From contig QPGO01000073.1 in the NCBI GenBank assembly GCA_008632985.1, forward strand, positions 372,001 through 403,384: DNA of 31,384 nucleotides, given 5' to 3'. The notes under the pieces are model-generated. The model searched no databases and was not told the origin of the DNA. It saw only the letters and a list, made by a program, of their open reading frames with translations. Below are positions 19,501 to 30,005 of the stretch, piece after piece. The translations under genes were made by a program, and so were the position numbers. The number at the start of each line of letters is the position of its first letter. The stretch's first letter is position 1. The DNA is from Psammoneis japonica. Taxonomy: Eukaryota.

Positions 19501-20674
19501 GATGGACAAGCTTCCTCCCCAGCCTGACTGCGTCCTTTCTTGTTTCGGCAAGCTTGGACTTGATCATGAAATCGACCGCCTTGGAACCCACAAAAGTCTT
19601 TTTATATACCTTTAATCGGTACATGTGATCTTTTATAGGCATTTCATTCTCAAACACAAATGCAGCCTCTTGCAGCGGAGGGCATGACTTGTCGTGTTGA
19701 TGCTCGGCGTTACTGCTCGTGTCGTTATGGTCAGCATCGGAATGCGCGAATCGCTCGTCTTGAGGAGTAAAGCAATAAAAGAGAAAGTCGTCTCTAAACT
19801 CGTGCTGATTTAGGACGTGTCGAAACAGATTGTATTCTCTGGTGAGTGCTCTCCCTAGTTCCACAGCATGGTGTCTGGATCGGGCCATTCCTGATATCAC
19901 CATGTAGTCGACCGCGTCGCTTCCAATGAAAACATTATTGTACGTCTGAAAATGATACCGTAGATCTTTTGTTTCGATTTCATTTTCAAATGCCTTGGCC
20001 AATTCACTCAAGTCTTGAAAGGATGATGCCGAGTTCAAGGACAAGGATCCGAGAGAGCCTTCCTCCGAGTCGTCATCAAGCAATGCATGTCCATACGTAT
20101 GCATAAAACACCCAACTTCGTCTTGGATGGACACGAATCGATGATGCTTTGGAACAAATTGAAAGAATAAATATTCGTCTTTAAACGAGTGCTGTCGACA
20201 AACATGCTCCATCAAATTGTACTCCTTCATGAGGGCATTTCCAATCTGCACAGCATGCTTTCTCGAGTCTGCGAGCTTGTTTTTGACCAGAAAATCGACC
20301 GCCTCTCTAGCTACAAAGCAATTTGGATAATTCCGAAAGTGATACTTGTGATCCGATACCTTCATGCCGTTCTCAAATATTTCTCCAATGCGCATTAGAC
20401 TCATACCGTCCAACGAGCTCGCCAGGGAATATCCCGATTCGGATCTAGTAAAGTCGTCTGTAAAGCTGCCGCCTCTCGAGTTGATGGAAATATCTCTGGG
20501 CGGTGAAAAGCTCAGACCGTTTTCATAATGACTTTCTTTGTTAGTTTCGTGAGAGACAACCAATGTCGACATGGATGATAAGCGTGGATCACTGACGGGT
20601 GGTGGTGGTTCGGACGCGTGATCAAGTACTTCTAGTCGATCATCTTGCTTGCAACATTGAAAGATGCGCTTCAT
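16580..20674 (-). CDS. 1364-aa protein: six tandem DEP domains plus a C-terminal class II (edema factor/CyaA/ExoY-like) nucleotidyl cyclase-like domain
   Basis: Uninterrupted 4.1-kb ORF. Six repeats of consensus Y..TF.G..AVDF.V....A..R..AV.LG..L....LFEHV...H.FKD.YLFY.F (DEP). C-terminal WRP..GKGLDIKGKS..G.LSGFVPF.Q, VSDFDCF and VRHGAECFN..FPQ. Confidence 0.85.
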   Translation of the reverse strand: MKRIFQCCKQDDRLEVLDHASEPPPPVSDPRLSSMSTLVVSHETNKESHYENGLSFSPPRDISINSRGGSFTDDFTRSESGYSLASSLDGMSLMRIGEIFENGMKVSDHKYHFRNYPNCFVAREAVDFLVKNKLADSRKHAVQIGNALMKEYNLMEHVCRQHSFKDEYLFFQFVPKHHRFVSIQDEVGCFMHTYGHALLDDDSEEGSLGSLSLNSASSFQDLSELAKAFENEIETKDLRYHFQTYNNVFIGSDAVDYMVISGMARSRHHAVELGRALTREYNLFRHVLNQHEFRDDFLFYCFTPQDERFAHSDADHNDTSSNAEHQHDKSCPPLQEAAFVFENEMPIKDHMYRLKVYKKTFVGSKAVDFMIKSKLAETRKDAVRLGRKLVHQYNLFEHVCNEHDFQDDYFFYRFVPPERRITPDDEDSQHDVLFPDAYSDHSHVSSVGNSGNTPSLLQVANAFRKGVHVGTHVWRFKSYRNTFVASQAVDFLVNSSFAQTRREAVVLGRRLASEMHLFEHVTGDHSFKDDYLFFKFTSEKEKARRKESFASDMTSESDSLHLIAQSLRANVRVADNKYRMRTYKDTFIGREAVDLLVEEGLAENREHAVELGRQMATSFNLFEHCVRQHEFKDAYLFYRFVNMGELKPRVTRDDITDDTVVDLRELNEIAIEFEKGVKTSENRHHLRVYKDTFVGSDAVDFLVSRDASLSREDAVHVGQLLARAFNLFEHVSRQHPLKDEHLFYRFNPKSERYTYDLEKLAKFEETPVDTIGETTVSSTNDKDDGFSFSTKVERSQSFSMPAKSASTGDVKSFSAGSLDIHRRASVPVRPAAALRKADRVKIWSTTFRRVDPRYQILSAVNIVTQEKAYSLQDGIDRDVISDLLRGTDLAPMVFSIWRPTSFDAIRRMMLNEGTGKGLDIKGKSAKRGKLSGFVPFLQINENRHKYKVRTLPKDGRVRLFFKNKRAREVAAAKLEAVGQDMIETVRQASKILSNDRASESSQRDALKSMLLDVTDPSIIYIDDYSPQSYGMDLSVRVFWEACFVRQDCTRRAGSEFDTGRPSLPPFQDMNFASLRNRSTRNVKGMPKAVVLQYGTDDPLSPFEFVMAYEENGRVLPVVSDFDCFLIGTRNVRYSAPLPPDQLEVLTWCVDKIEEILESPPRPHSWTSRWLEVLRDSANDGFHPKVPQLGFGDPVSYSTMENTIHRLTSTAGPVRHGAECFNYYFPQDLDDEYLVISDTVPGNVCWKYLNVDELQDFLSEKIDGGYTFPLNPKNVLCDGGRWKELYDKLIASRMPHVQESMNVWYPENSGLRKQIEAIHSKHPEGFQRESLAEDSSRFCLEKNQPKDASFKITMESTNTILDVAA

Positions 20675-21163
20675 TTCTTTTATTTAAGTCAGTACCAGAA
20701 GTCAGATACCTTGAGCGCCTCAATCTATGAGAACTTAGCTAGAAGGGGAGTCAAAGAGAAAGAATAGATAAGGCATGCACAAGCAACACACACTCTTGAA
20801 AAATGCTCTTGCGTGTTGCGTGTTCCATCGCGAAGTTGCTCGCATGTTCGAGTGAAGGTCACGTTTGTCTTTGTTTATTGTGACATTTACAGAGATGTAG
20901 AAAATCGTATTATGACATAAGAAGGTCATATTCAATATAACGTAATTTAGAAAGCGTCCGATTCTTCAATTAACATTAAAAAATAAAAAGGAATGTCAAA
21001 GTCATTTTGATAGGTTACAGAGAAACCGATCACAAAAAATGACGCTCCGCTTGACAAAACTGCTTCTTTCCCTTTCCCCGCCACAAACATCGCATTACTT
21101 GAGTTGGCTATTGCATCTGACCATCGCTACTCCCCAATTCAACTTCACAAAGACGACCGCGAC

Positions 21164-22543
21164 ATGAAGAATGGGTACAGCAGCAGGCCCCAAAACCGGA
21201 GCGTTGTCGTTCATTGGCGTGCAGTGACGTTTGTATTTTTGATTGGTCTCTCGTTTCGTGGATTACACACAAACTTGAACGTGTTTCACTTGTTCATTCC
21301 AAAGTTTCTCGGCGAACAGACTCTAAGAGCGTTCGAAAGCAACGGTTTGTTTTCCAGCTCGTATAAAACAAAACTACCAGAAGCTCTTTTGCCCGTTACT
21401 TTTTCAGGCTGTTGCACCGGACACATTACGATATTACATGCGACATGCCTTACAGAGAAAGCTTGCAATGTTTCGCATTATCCTTTTTCCTCACCACAAG
21501 AGGCGTCATACTTTAAAAGGTCGGTGCTTAATGGTACAGAGAAGATGGAGTTGAGAAGAATTTGCATGCAAGCTGCAGAGCGAAAACCGCCTCCCCTGCG
21601 GTGGTGCTCATCCCAAAATCTGCCGACAGATGAAAAATATCCCATGGGTTGTAGTCAGATCTCCATGGGCGGTGGGTCTGGGCCGTACGATCGAGTCTTG
21701 TTGTTTCCGCAAGGAAAGCTAGCATTTTGTGGAATACCCAAAGCCGGAGTCACGCAGTGGATACAGTTTTTGCGATTTACCTTTGGAGCAAAAGATTACC
21801 AAAGCCCGCCATACTCCAAATCGGATGTAGGACATGCCATGTTTGATGCTATGCGCAAGGAAGTACAAGACGAAATTTGGAATGATGAGTCTTGGACAAA
21901 GGCGATCTTTATTCGCAACCCGGCCGAACGTTTGTTGTCAGGATATCTCGACAAGATTGAGGGCAATCAAAGATTCGTTGGAGCGAACGTGACGTTTGCA
22001 GATTTCGTTGATTTTCTTGCAATGAAGCAAGTACTCAGGTTAGATTCAGACAAGGGCCGATCACAAGGCATGTTCACTGGACTGTCCTGGAGAACTGATC
22101 CGCACTTTCGACCGCAGGCCTGGGCTTGCGGATTGTCAGAGGAAATGGACACGTTTCAATACGTCGCGTCAATGGACCGTGTCGCCTTCCATACAAAGTC
22201 ATTGCTACAGCAAGTAAATATGTGGGATTCTTTTGGACGTCATTATCGTTTGTCAAATGGGACAAAAGACACCGCATATGTAAAGTGGCCTCCCGATCCT
22301 CTGCAACAACAAGACGAGGAACTGGGTTTCCAGCAACAAGTGGGTAAGATTACCGACTCGGCGCGAGCGCACAACACTGGTGCAACAAGCAAGATCGACA
22401 AATACTATACTCCGGAAGTAATGAAGAGAGTACGAGATCTGTATTCGATGGATTTTGCGTTGTGGGATGCACTTCAAGTCGCCGACAAGGAGGGCTTTGT
22501 ACACGGCAATGACATTGTGAAGAAACTGAACCCAAAGTGTTGA
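21164..22543 (+). CDS. Carbohydrate sulfotransferase (Sulfotransfer_2 family), type II membrane protein, copy 1
   Basis: 5'-PAPS-binding motif FCGIPKAGVTQW, 3'-phosphate-binding motif FIRNPAERLLSGYLDK, DPHFRPQ...C, and LYSMDF. N-terminal hydrophobic anchor. First ATG is at 21164. Confidence 0.9.
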   Translation: MKNGYSSRPQNRSVVVHWRAVTFVFLIGLSFRGLHTNLNVFHLFIPKFLGEQTLRAFESNGLFSSSYKTKLPEALLPVTFSGCCTGHITILHATCLTEKACNVSHYPFSSPQEASYFKRSVLNGTEKMELRRICMQAAERKPPPLRWCSSQNLPTDEKYPMGCSQISMGGGSGPYDRVLLFPQGKLAFCGIPKAGVTQWIQFLRFTFGAKDYQSPPYSKSDVGHAMFDAMRKEVQDEIWNDESWTKAIFIRNPAERLLSGYLDKIEGNQRFVGANVTFADFVDFLAMKQVLRLDSDKGRSQGMFTGLSWRTDPHFRPQAWACGLSEEMDTFQYVASMDRVAFHTKSLLQQVNMWDSFGRHYRLSNGTKDTAYVKWPPDPLQQQDEELGFQQQVGKITDSARAHNTGATSKIDKYYTPEVMKRVRDLYSMDFALWDALQVADKEGFVHGNDIVKKLNPKC

Positions 22544-23511
22544 ATACAAGAATATACATTTCGCATTGGTTGCTTCTTCATTCCGCTCGCTCTTACTTGC
22601 TACAGGTCGACTCGCTCTCTTTCTTTATCACTGACGCCGACTAAGGAGCTGTTTATCCTCGCAGCTTTACTTTTTTCTAGTACGACAAAACAATGCTGCT
22701 ATTCCGTGACCGGCGTACTACAAACGTGAAGTTACAAACAAAACTATGATTCAAAAAGCAGCGTCGACGTTATTGTTATCGCTTTTGCATTTGTTTTGAA
22801 ATGAGATCGAAGAAAATGAAGTAGTCCTTCAAGTAGGGTCTCAAACATTCGCTGGGGCGCTTCCCTGAATTCTGGAAAACACGATCTCTCTACGAGCCAT
22901 GTAAGTTTCAACTAACAAACCCTTCAACTGCTACCGATACTAATGCCGTCACTGAAGTTAGTTTGGCATTTGGGATTTGCTCCAATCTCGAATCCCAGCC
23001 ACACTTACTGGTTCGGCCTCTCGGGTCGATCTAGAAAATGGGGAAGCGAGAGACACGATGCCTTCAAGCCCTACTTTCTAGAGATAAGTGCTGCATTTTC
23101 TAGTGTTTCTATCACAGAAATAACTCGCTCATCGTCCACAGTGGACGTTCAGTAATGTGAGCAAACTACTGTATGGATTCTAGGCCCCTGTACCGATAGA
23201 AAGCGAACCACAGCGTAGAAATCATTAACAATTGCTAATGAATATGATAATATCTCATTCCGCCACCAGAAATGTCCGAGACATTCGAATTGTTAAATGC
23301 AAATGACTGCAAGTGACAAATCCGGGATCACTCGATCACATGATCCAGATCCGCTTTACCGGATCCCAGATTTATGATAACTTCTATTTCGCACCCTCCC
23401 GCCTCCCACAACTCCCCGCTGCTTTCCTCATTCGCTTTCACGCCTCGACAAAAGAGTCATTTATTTTGAGTAGCCTATTGTGTTTGATCATCGCTTGAAG
23501 CAGAAGGTGAC

Positions 23512-24945
23512 ATGACGAACGAGGAAAGCAGGCAAAAACATCGGATCGTGAATTGGCATACGTTGACGTTTGCGAGTTTGATTGGTCTCTGTTTTCATGG
23601 ATTCCAAACGAGCTCAAGTTACTTTCACTCTTTCGTTCCAGAGTTCATAGGCGAACCGGCTCTGAGAGCTTTGGAATTCAACTATTTGTTTTCAAGCGAT
23701 ACTTCTCGCGAAAGTTCACTTGAAACGGAGCTGCCAGATGCTCTTCAACCGGTAACTTTTTCAGGCTGTTGCAGTGGACATTTTTCGGATTTCCATGCAA
23801 CATGCCTTACAGAGAAAGCTTGCAATGTCTCCTATTATCCATTTTCATCTCCGGAAGAGGCGTCATACTTTAAAGGATGGGAACTAAGCGGAAAAGAGAA
23901 GATGGAGTTGAGACAAAAATGTCTGGAGTACGCCGAGAGAAAACCTCCTCCTACACGATGGTGTTCATCAGAGAAACTTCCAACAGATGAGAAATACCCC
24001 ATGGGTTGTAGCATGAATTCCATGGGCGGTGGTTCAGGGCCTTATGATCGTGCATTAGTATTTCCGCAAGGAAAGCTGGCATTTTGTGGCATCCCCAAAG
24101 CCGGAGTCACGCAGTGGCTTCAGTTTTTGCGATTTACCTACGGTGCAAAGGATTACCTAAGCGTACCATATTTCAAGTCAGATGTAAGTTATTCTAGGCT
24201 CGATGTTTTGAGCGAAGAAGTGAGAGACGAAATTTGGAGTAACACATCATGGACCAAGGCGATCTTTATTCGTAACCCGGCTGAACGTTTGTTGTCTGGG
24301 TATCTTGACAAGATTGAGGGCAAACCAGTACATGTCGGTCACGCGAATGTGACCTTTGCAGAGTTCATCGATATCCTTGCAATGAAGAACATCACCAGAC
24401 TGAATTCAAAGAATGGCCCATCAACAGGAATGTTCACTGGGCTGTCATGGCATACTGATCCGCACTTTAGACCACAAGCTTGGGCATGCGGATTGTCTGA
24501 GGAATTGGACATGTTTCATTACGTCGCATCAATGGACCGTGTCGCCTTCCATACAAAATCATTGCTGCAGCAAGTAAATATGTGGGATTCCTTTGGACGT
24601 CATTATCGTTTGTCAAATAATGAAACAAACTCTATATTGACACCATGGAAAGTGTGGCCTCCCGAACCCCAGCTACAACGAGAAGGGGAGGCAGAACTGG
24701 GTTTCCAGCAACAAGTTGGCAAGATTACCGACTCGGCGCGAATGCACAATACTGGTGCAACAAGCAAAATCGACAAATATTATACTCCAGAGCTTATGAA
24801 GAGGGCGCGAGATGTTTATTGGATGGACTTTGCTTTATGGGATGCACTACAAGAGGCAGACAAGGAAGGCCTTGTACACGGCAAAGACATTGCAAAGAAA
24901 CTTAACCCAAAGTGTGGAATGCAAGAGTCGCCTTTAAAAAGCTAG
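23512..24945 (+). CDS. Carbohydrate sulfotransferase (Sulfotransfer_2 family), copy 2 (tandem paralog)
   Basis: Same motifs as copy 1, colinear, with high nucleotide similarity. Confidence 0.9.
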   Translation: MTNEESRQKHRIVNWHTLTFASLIGLCFHGFQTSSSYFHSFVPEFIGEPALRALEFNYLFSSDTSRESSLETELPDALQPVTFSGCCSGHFSDFHATCLTEKACNVSYYPFSSPEEASYFKGWELSGKEKMELRQKCLEYAERKPPPTRWCSSEKLPTDEKYPMGCSMNSMGGGSGPYDRALVFPQGKLAFCGIPKAGVTQWLQFLRFTYGAKDYLSVPYFKSDVSYSRLDVLSEEVRDEIWSNTSWTKAIFIRNPAERLLSGYLDKIEGKPVHVGHANVTFAEFIDILAMKNITRLNSKNGPSTGMFTGLSWHTDPHFRPQAWACGLSEELDMFHYVASMDRVAFHTKSLLQQVNMWDSFGRHYRLSNNETNSILTPWKVWPPEPQLQREGEAELGFQQQVGKITDSARMHNTGATSKIDKYYTPELMKRARDVYWMDFALWDALQEADKEGLVHGKDIAKKLNPKCGMQESPLKS

Positions 24946-25281
24946 TCGAGAAGTAGTGTTTTCGCTCGACAGACTAGAACTCCCTCGCTTTTCCGTTTTT
25001 CTCCCTGTGAATTCTATATGCTAGGCTACAGTAGTTGAGAAAGACAAACAAACAGAAATTAAACTATATAGCCAAAAGGCCCTGATTTATATATCTAGAA
25101 TGGCGATGTCGCCAGAAGGGTGTTGAAATATTAGTACACAAACCCGTATACAGACCTCCCATGTTGGGAGCGATGCAAAACCAATTTTGTAATATACCAC
25201 TCATGTATGCAAGTACAGAAAACGTAAACACGAACACAGCACACCAGATGGACCAAACAACCCTCGACATGCACAACCAAC

Positions 25282-25315
25282 ACACAAACCCCAACACAAA
25301 CCCCAACACAAACCC
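25282..25315. repeat. 12-bp tandem repeat (ACACAAACCCCA) x about 2.8
   Basis: Read directly. It lies just 3' of the 25332-26549 gene. Confidence 0.8.
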
Positions 25316-25331
25316 ACTACATAACCGTTCC

Positions 25332-26549
25332 TTACAAGGACGCATTTTTTGGAAAATGATACCGCGCCGCCAATTTGGGAGAAATGGCATTTTTCAAACG
25401 ACGAACAACTTGCTCCACCAAGAATGCACGAGGCGACAAATCTTGCTGCTGAAGCGCCTTGGTTGTCCAGGGAACAGCATGAAGGGGCGTGTAACAAATG
25501 GAAATGCCCGTGGCGACATGAAAATAAGGTGCCAGGGCGTCTTGGATGGCTTGGCATTCTCGAGAATACGTGTCCAACTCGGCCATGTCCACAATGTTGG
25601 ATGCCGTTTCGTCATAGATACCATTGTTACCCACCGCATCCATGTGGGCCTTCATCTTGACGAGCTTCTGCTGGACGCTTTCGGCTAGGGCCGGAAAGGC
25701 AGGATTATCCAGCATTCCCAACAAGGTGTGCGCAATCTTGTAGAATTGATAAATTTTCGACATGGCGTAGACATAATTGTACTTGAAAATCTTGTAGGTC
25801 GGGATCAAAAGCTCTTGCCCTTGAATGGTTTCGTGGCGGTCGGGATGATCACTGGGATTGGTTGCGTCCGTGCCGGTAAGCACGACGCGAAAGTTGGTCA
25901 TGCCAACAAGACACTCTTGCAGAGCCGTGCACAAGTTGGTGACGGACGCAACGTTGCGGGCAAAGGGATTCTCACCCGTATGACGACCCAAGGTAAAGTA
26001 CACGGTAAAGATCTTGTCGGGAGCATTTGCCTTGTAATCTGCAAGGGCCTGTTGGAAAACATTCCTGAATTCGTCGGCACCCACGTTTGCAACATCCAAG
26101 TGGGATTTGGGAATGTGTACAATGTTGGAGGGAAGATCCTTGACGGTGGACCGTGAAACAGTGTACACCTTGTCGCATGACCCCGAGAGAAACTCGACAA
26201 GGGTTTCTGAAATGGAGCTAGGTTTAGCTGCGTACTTGCCACCAAACACAATTGGAAATTCATTGGCGTTGGGCTTAAGCTGTTGCACGTCGGCCCATAT
26301 TTCCTTTTCTTGCTCCCACATGTCTTTATTGATATTGCGAAAGAATTCCAACACTTCTGGCATTGCTTCTGTTTCGTCCTTGAACTCTGGAAGAGAGACG
26401 AAGTGCTCCAGCTTTGCACGAATCGGAGTAGTCATCAAGAGCCTGTAATAAGCGAGTGTAGGAGAACCGCCAGTGGCCTTGACTGCCTCCTCTTGTTCAG
26501 CCAATAAGGCCTTCATGTGAGCTTGTGCAGCTTTATTTGTCGTCGACAT
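25332..26549 (-). CDS. 405-aa protein, possibly an atypical/extended short-chain dehydrogenase (NAD(P)-binding Rossmann fold)
   Basis: Clean ORF with normal composition. IVFGG...SSISETLVEFL....VYTVSRS (beta-alpha-beta-like), RNVASVTNL, VVLTGTDA, and YAMSK (YxxxK). Confidence 0.55.
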   Translation of the reverse strand: MSTTNKAAQAHMKALLAEQEEAVKATGGSPTLAYYRLLMTTPIRAKLEHFVSLPEFKDETEAMPEVLEFFRNINKDMWEQEKEIWADVQQLKPNANEFPIVFGGKYAAKPSSISETLVEFLSGSCDKVYTVSRSTVKDLPSNIVHIPKSHLDVANVGADEFRNVFQQALADYKANAPDKIFTVYFTLGRHTGENPFARNVASVTNLCTALQECLVGMTNFRVVLTGTDATNPSDHPDRHETIQGQELLIPTYKIFKYNYVYAMSKIYQFYKIAHTLLGMLDNPAFPALAESVQQKLVKMKAHMDAVGNNGIYDETASNIVDMAELDTYSRECQAIQDALAPYFHVATGISICYTPLHAVPWTTKALQQQDLSPRAFLVEQVVRRLKNAISPKLAARYHFPKNASL

Positions 26550-26841
26550 GGTGTATAGTTCTAATCACAGGAGAAAGAGAAATGAAGTTGTCTGTGGCTG
26601 CCGCTGTACGGATCGAGGATCGAGAGTGAGTCGAGGATACCATTAGCATTGACTCTTTGATAGAGATGATGAGATGCACGATGCACGAATCGGAGATTCC
26701 CGCCCTGCACGCCGTCCGCGCACCATGCGGGAAAACTGCTCAAACGCGCATGCACGCAAGCACACGGACATGAGCGAACACTCCACTAAGTGACATTTAA
26801 CGGTCATGATTGAGAGTTCCAGTCTTGGCTTTTCCAACCGA

Positions 26842-26917
26842 AAGTTTGAGCAATTGCTCCAACTTGCATCCACCATTTGATTGCTCGAACTTGCCAAGTT
26901 TGAGCAATTGCTCAAAC
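26842..26917. repeat. Duplicated palindromic motif AAGTTTGAGCAATTGCTC; the second copy is part of a perfect 20-bp palindrome
   Basis: Copies at 26842-26859 and 26896-26913. GTTTGAGCAATTGCTCAAAC at 26898-26917. A partial third copy lies near 26877-26894. Confidence 0.8.
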
Positions 26918-27456
26918 ATGTCATCAGCAGAGGGGCGAAAAAGGCGGCATGAATTGCAGGTCATCGTCCCCCCACACTGAACCATTGCACGCACCGCTTC
27001 GTTCATTGGGCGGACCCCTCACTGCTTAAATTGCACGGCCGCTTGTTGGGATCTCACCTTTTTTATTTGTTTGCACGTGTCCATGTTTGTCCTTCATCTG
27101 GTCATTGCCCACCAACATTGTGGTGTGTCATTTTTCAAGCTCCGACTTTGGCAACTCAACAATCGCCTGACCGGCACATGTTTGCAGTTGTCCCAGCATT
27201 TTCATTCCATTTTTTTCTTTGTTTGCACTCAGTGACATCTCCAATTTCTGATGGCAAGTTGTGCATTTGATGCACTCATGTTGCTTGTTTGTTGGCACAA
27301 TGTGTTGCCACAGCGGCACAGGAGCCACCATGAACGGCGCTGCGATCATGAGCGCGTCACGCATGCTGGCTGTGCATTGAGCAAACCGAATCATGTCACA
27401 AACACTTTGTTTTGCTTGCAATGATTCCACGGCAATTTCACCACATCAATTTTTGC

Positions 27457-29190
27457 TCACTTTGTTCTTTCTGAAGTTGACACTGGGGAATCCGCGCACC
27501 CTCGCGCAGCCTCCATGTCCCCTTTTTCTGGAGGACAATGGAAACACAACAGGCAATGAGGGCCTTTCTTGCAAGTCTGAACTGGCAGCTCACCCCTGAC
27601 TTTCCAGTGCTGCCTCATTTGTGGCACAATCCCAAGAATGGGTTGTTCCACTTTTTTTGATCTCTGGGACACAAGCTCAAGCGCAGTTCCCATTGCATTT
27701 GAAGCTGTGGCTGGACTTGCAAGGTGCAAAGGAAGAATGGGAAGGCCACCGGGTGGTTTGCTTTGCAGCACCAGAAAGTTGCAGAGGCCTTCAACAGCCT
27801 GGCTAGAGTGCTTTGGCAAGAACCTGACAGCCATGGTGGATTTCATGTGCCAGTTTGTCGAGTCAGAAAGTCTCTGCAATTGCTCAACGTTCCTTCAGAA
27901 GAGCAGCTTCATCAATGAAGCCAACTTCATGGCACAGATTCAGAGCATCACTGTGCCCATTGTGGAGACTTGTTTCCTCCCTCACATCATGTCCGAAAGA
28001 GGCAACAGCCACCACTGGTGCAAATTGGTCTTTTCTGAATGCTCACAACCAAAGACGATGGTGCACCCGAGCCATCTCCTTTGAATGGCTTCGACATGTT
28101 TGACAAGGTGGATGACATGGAATTTGTTCTCCAAGTGAAGGCCATGCCAGCTGATGCCTTTGATGGCATGCAGTGCTGTCAGGATGAAGTGTGCATCACA
28201 TGCTTTGATCTGCCGCCTCCCCACATTAACGAGGAGTGGACTCAAATGTTTGGTCAACCAGCGCGGGAGAAACTCAGTGCTGGATGGTGCAAAAACAAGC
28301 TCTGCTCAGTCCAGCTAAAAAACATGAGCCGAGGTGGCAGGAAACATGAGCACGAAGACAACTTGGACTGCTGCTGGCTCACATGCGACAACACTGAAGG
28401 TCTTTGCTCATTCGGCAAGGACAAGGTTGGCGACACTTGGTCATTGAAATTTTTGTCAAGCAGCTGTGGTGAGGCGGGAAATTGCTGCATTGACACGTTT
28501 GGAATGAGAGACCTTGTTGCAAGGGTGGGCTTTTTACACATGCCATCAACCGCAATTGCAGCCGGTTCATTGGGGATTGCTCTGGTCCAACTCATCTCTG
28601 CAAGGGTGATCTTTCCTCTCACCACCCTGAAAATTTCTTCCTTGATGATGGTTGCCCATGGGAGTTGGTTTCCTTGCGATTGAAGGGGGACACAATGCAG
28701 GATGCCATGGTGTTCCCTGCTTCAGTCATGTGGAATCGTTGGCTGTCATTGGCCAAGACCCCCATCTGCAATGTTGGTGATGACTTGGGTGTTCACAGTC
28801 ATTGTGTGCAGCTGGCAATGATGGCCAGCCACCAGATGGGCTTCAACTGCTTTTTCCACATCTGCACCAAACCACATGACTCACTGTGTGGTTGCAACTG
28901 TTTCGAAGCAACATGATCCTTTCATCTGCCAGCCGCAGTCGACAACTCATCTGGAGCCTGTGGCTGCTGACACACTTCATTGCACTGCACTCAACAAGCA
29001 AGGCAGATGCTGTTGGGCACCACACTCTTGAGGACAAAGAGACAACATGCTCCCATGTTCTCTTCTGCCATGTTCTCTCCAATTGAGTCCACAACTGGCT
29101 CAAGTTGGGAGAAGAGATGCACTTGTCAATGAGGAGCTCCTTGATCTTTCTCTGGCTGCCCACATGTCCATTGTCAACAATGGCTGTCAA
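27457..29190 (-). pseudogene. Decayed long coding sequence of unknown family
   Basis: Protein-like frames (…HHGILHCVPL..LPWATIIKEEIFRVVRGKITLAEMSWTRAIPNEP…; …RQIKACDAHFILTALHAIKGISWHGLHLENKF…) interrupted by TGA stops (consistent with CGA->TGA) and frameshifts. Tyr is absent and His/Cys are in excess. Confidence 0.45.
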
Positions 29191-29522
29191 GATGAGTTGT
29201 GTTCCGTGTGATGATGGCGCTGCTTTGCGGGCTTGTTGATGATGTGGTGGTCATGTGCCAAAAGCACGCACAGGAGTGCCGCAGCTGCATCAGAGTGCAC
29301 GACATCGCAATGTCTGCACACATGATAAAAACATGTTGCCACATTGTAAAATCTGCTTGTCCACACATGATGGTTTTTGTCATTTGGCCAATCATTGATC
29401 TCCTGCTGTTCTTCATGTTTGAACACAGATGTTTTTTAATTTTTGTGCTCTGCCTTTTTCACAACAACTGATGATCTTTAACGACAAGCCAAACATTTCA
29501 ATTGCATGCAATGAAATTTTCA

Positions 29523-30005
29523 TCATGTAAAGTGTGCACCAATTGTTTGGTCAACAACTGTGCTCCAATTTGCCCAGTCGTCCGCATCGTCCTCTTCATT
29601 CCATGTGTCTTGTCTGCTCTCTTGCAAGAATTTCAAATGTGCCACTGCTGCATTGGATGTTTCCTCGTCACCGTTCCAAAAAAGCCACGCTGCATTTCTT
29701 GCATTTGGGCGAACATCATCGAGAGGAAGAGGTCCCTCGAAGTGCTGAATCGCATCGCTGCTCCCCTCTTGACGTCGTGTCATTGGCTTCTTTTTGTCTT
29801 TCTTCATTTTGCCCATCCTGTTTTTCTCTTCCTTCCTTGTCTTGGCGCCGCCTGTTTTCACCGTCTCCAGCGTCTTTCCATCCGAATCCTTCTTTTTCAT
29901 TGATCCCGTCGCCGTTGCCTTCATCTCTTGTTGTTGTTGTTTTTTTTCTGTTGTGTCACTTTGTTTTGGATCCATGTTTCTGACTTCTCTCTGTGCTGTC
30001 TCCAT
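29523..30005 (-). pseudogene. 160-codon ORF, Lys-rich N-terminus and acidic/Trp-rich C-terminus; probably a TA-converted gene remnant
   Basis: Natural-looking charged composition, unlike the neighbouring spurious ORFs. No Tyr codons. Confidence 0.4.

Noticed and set aside
28039..28683. 214-aa plus-strand ORF
   Set aside because: It looks like the antisense shadow of the decayed minus-strand coding sequence, kept open by the absence of TA-containing stops.
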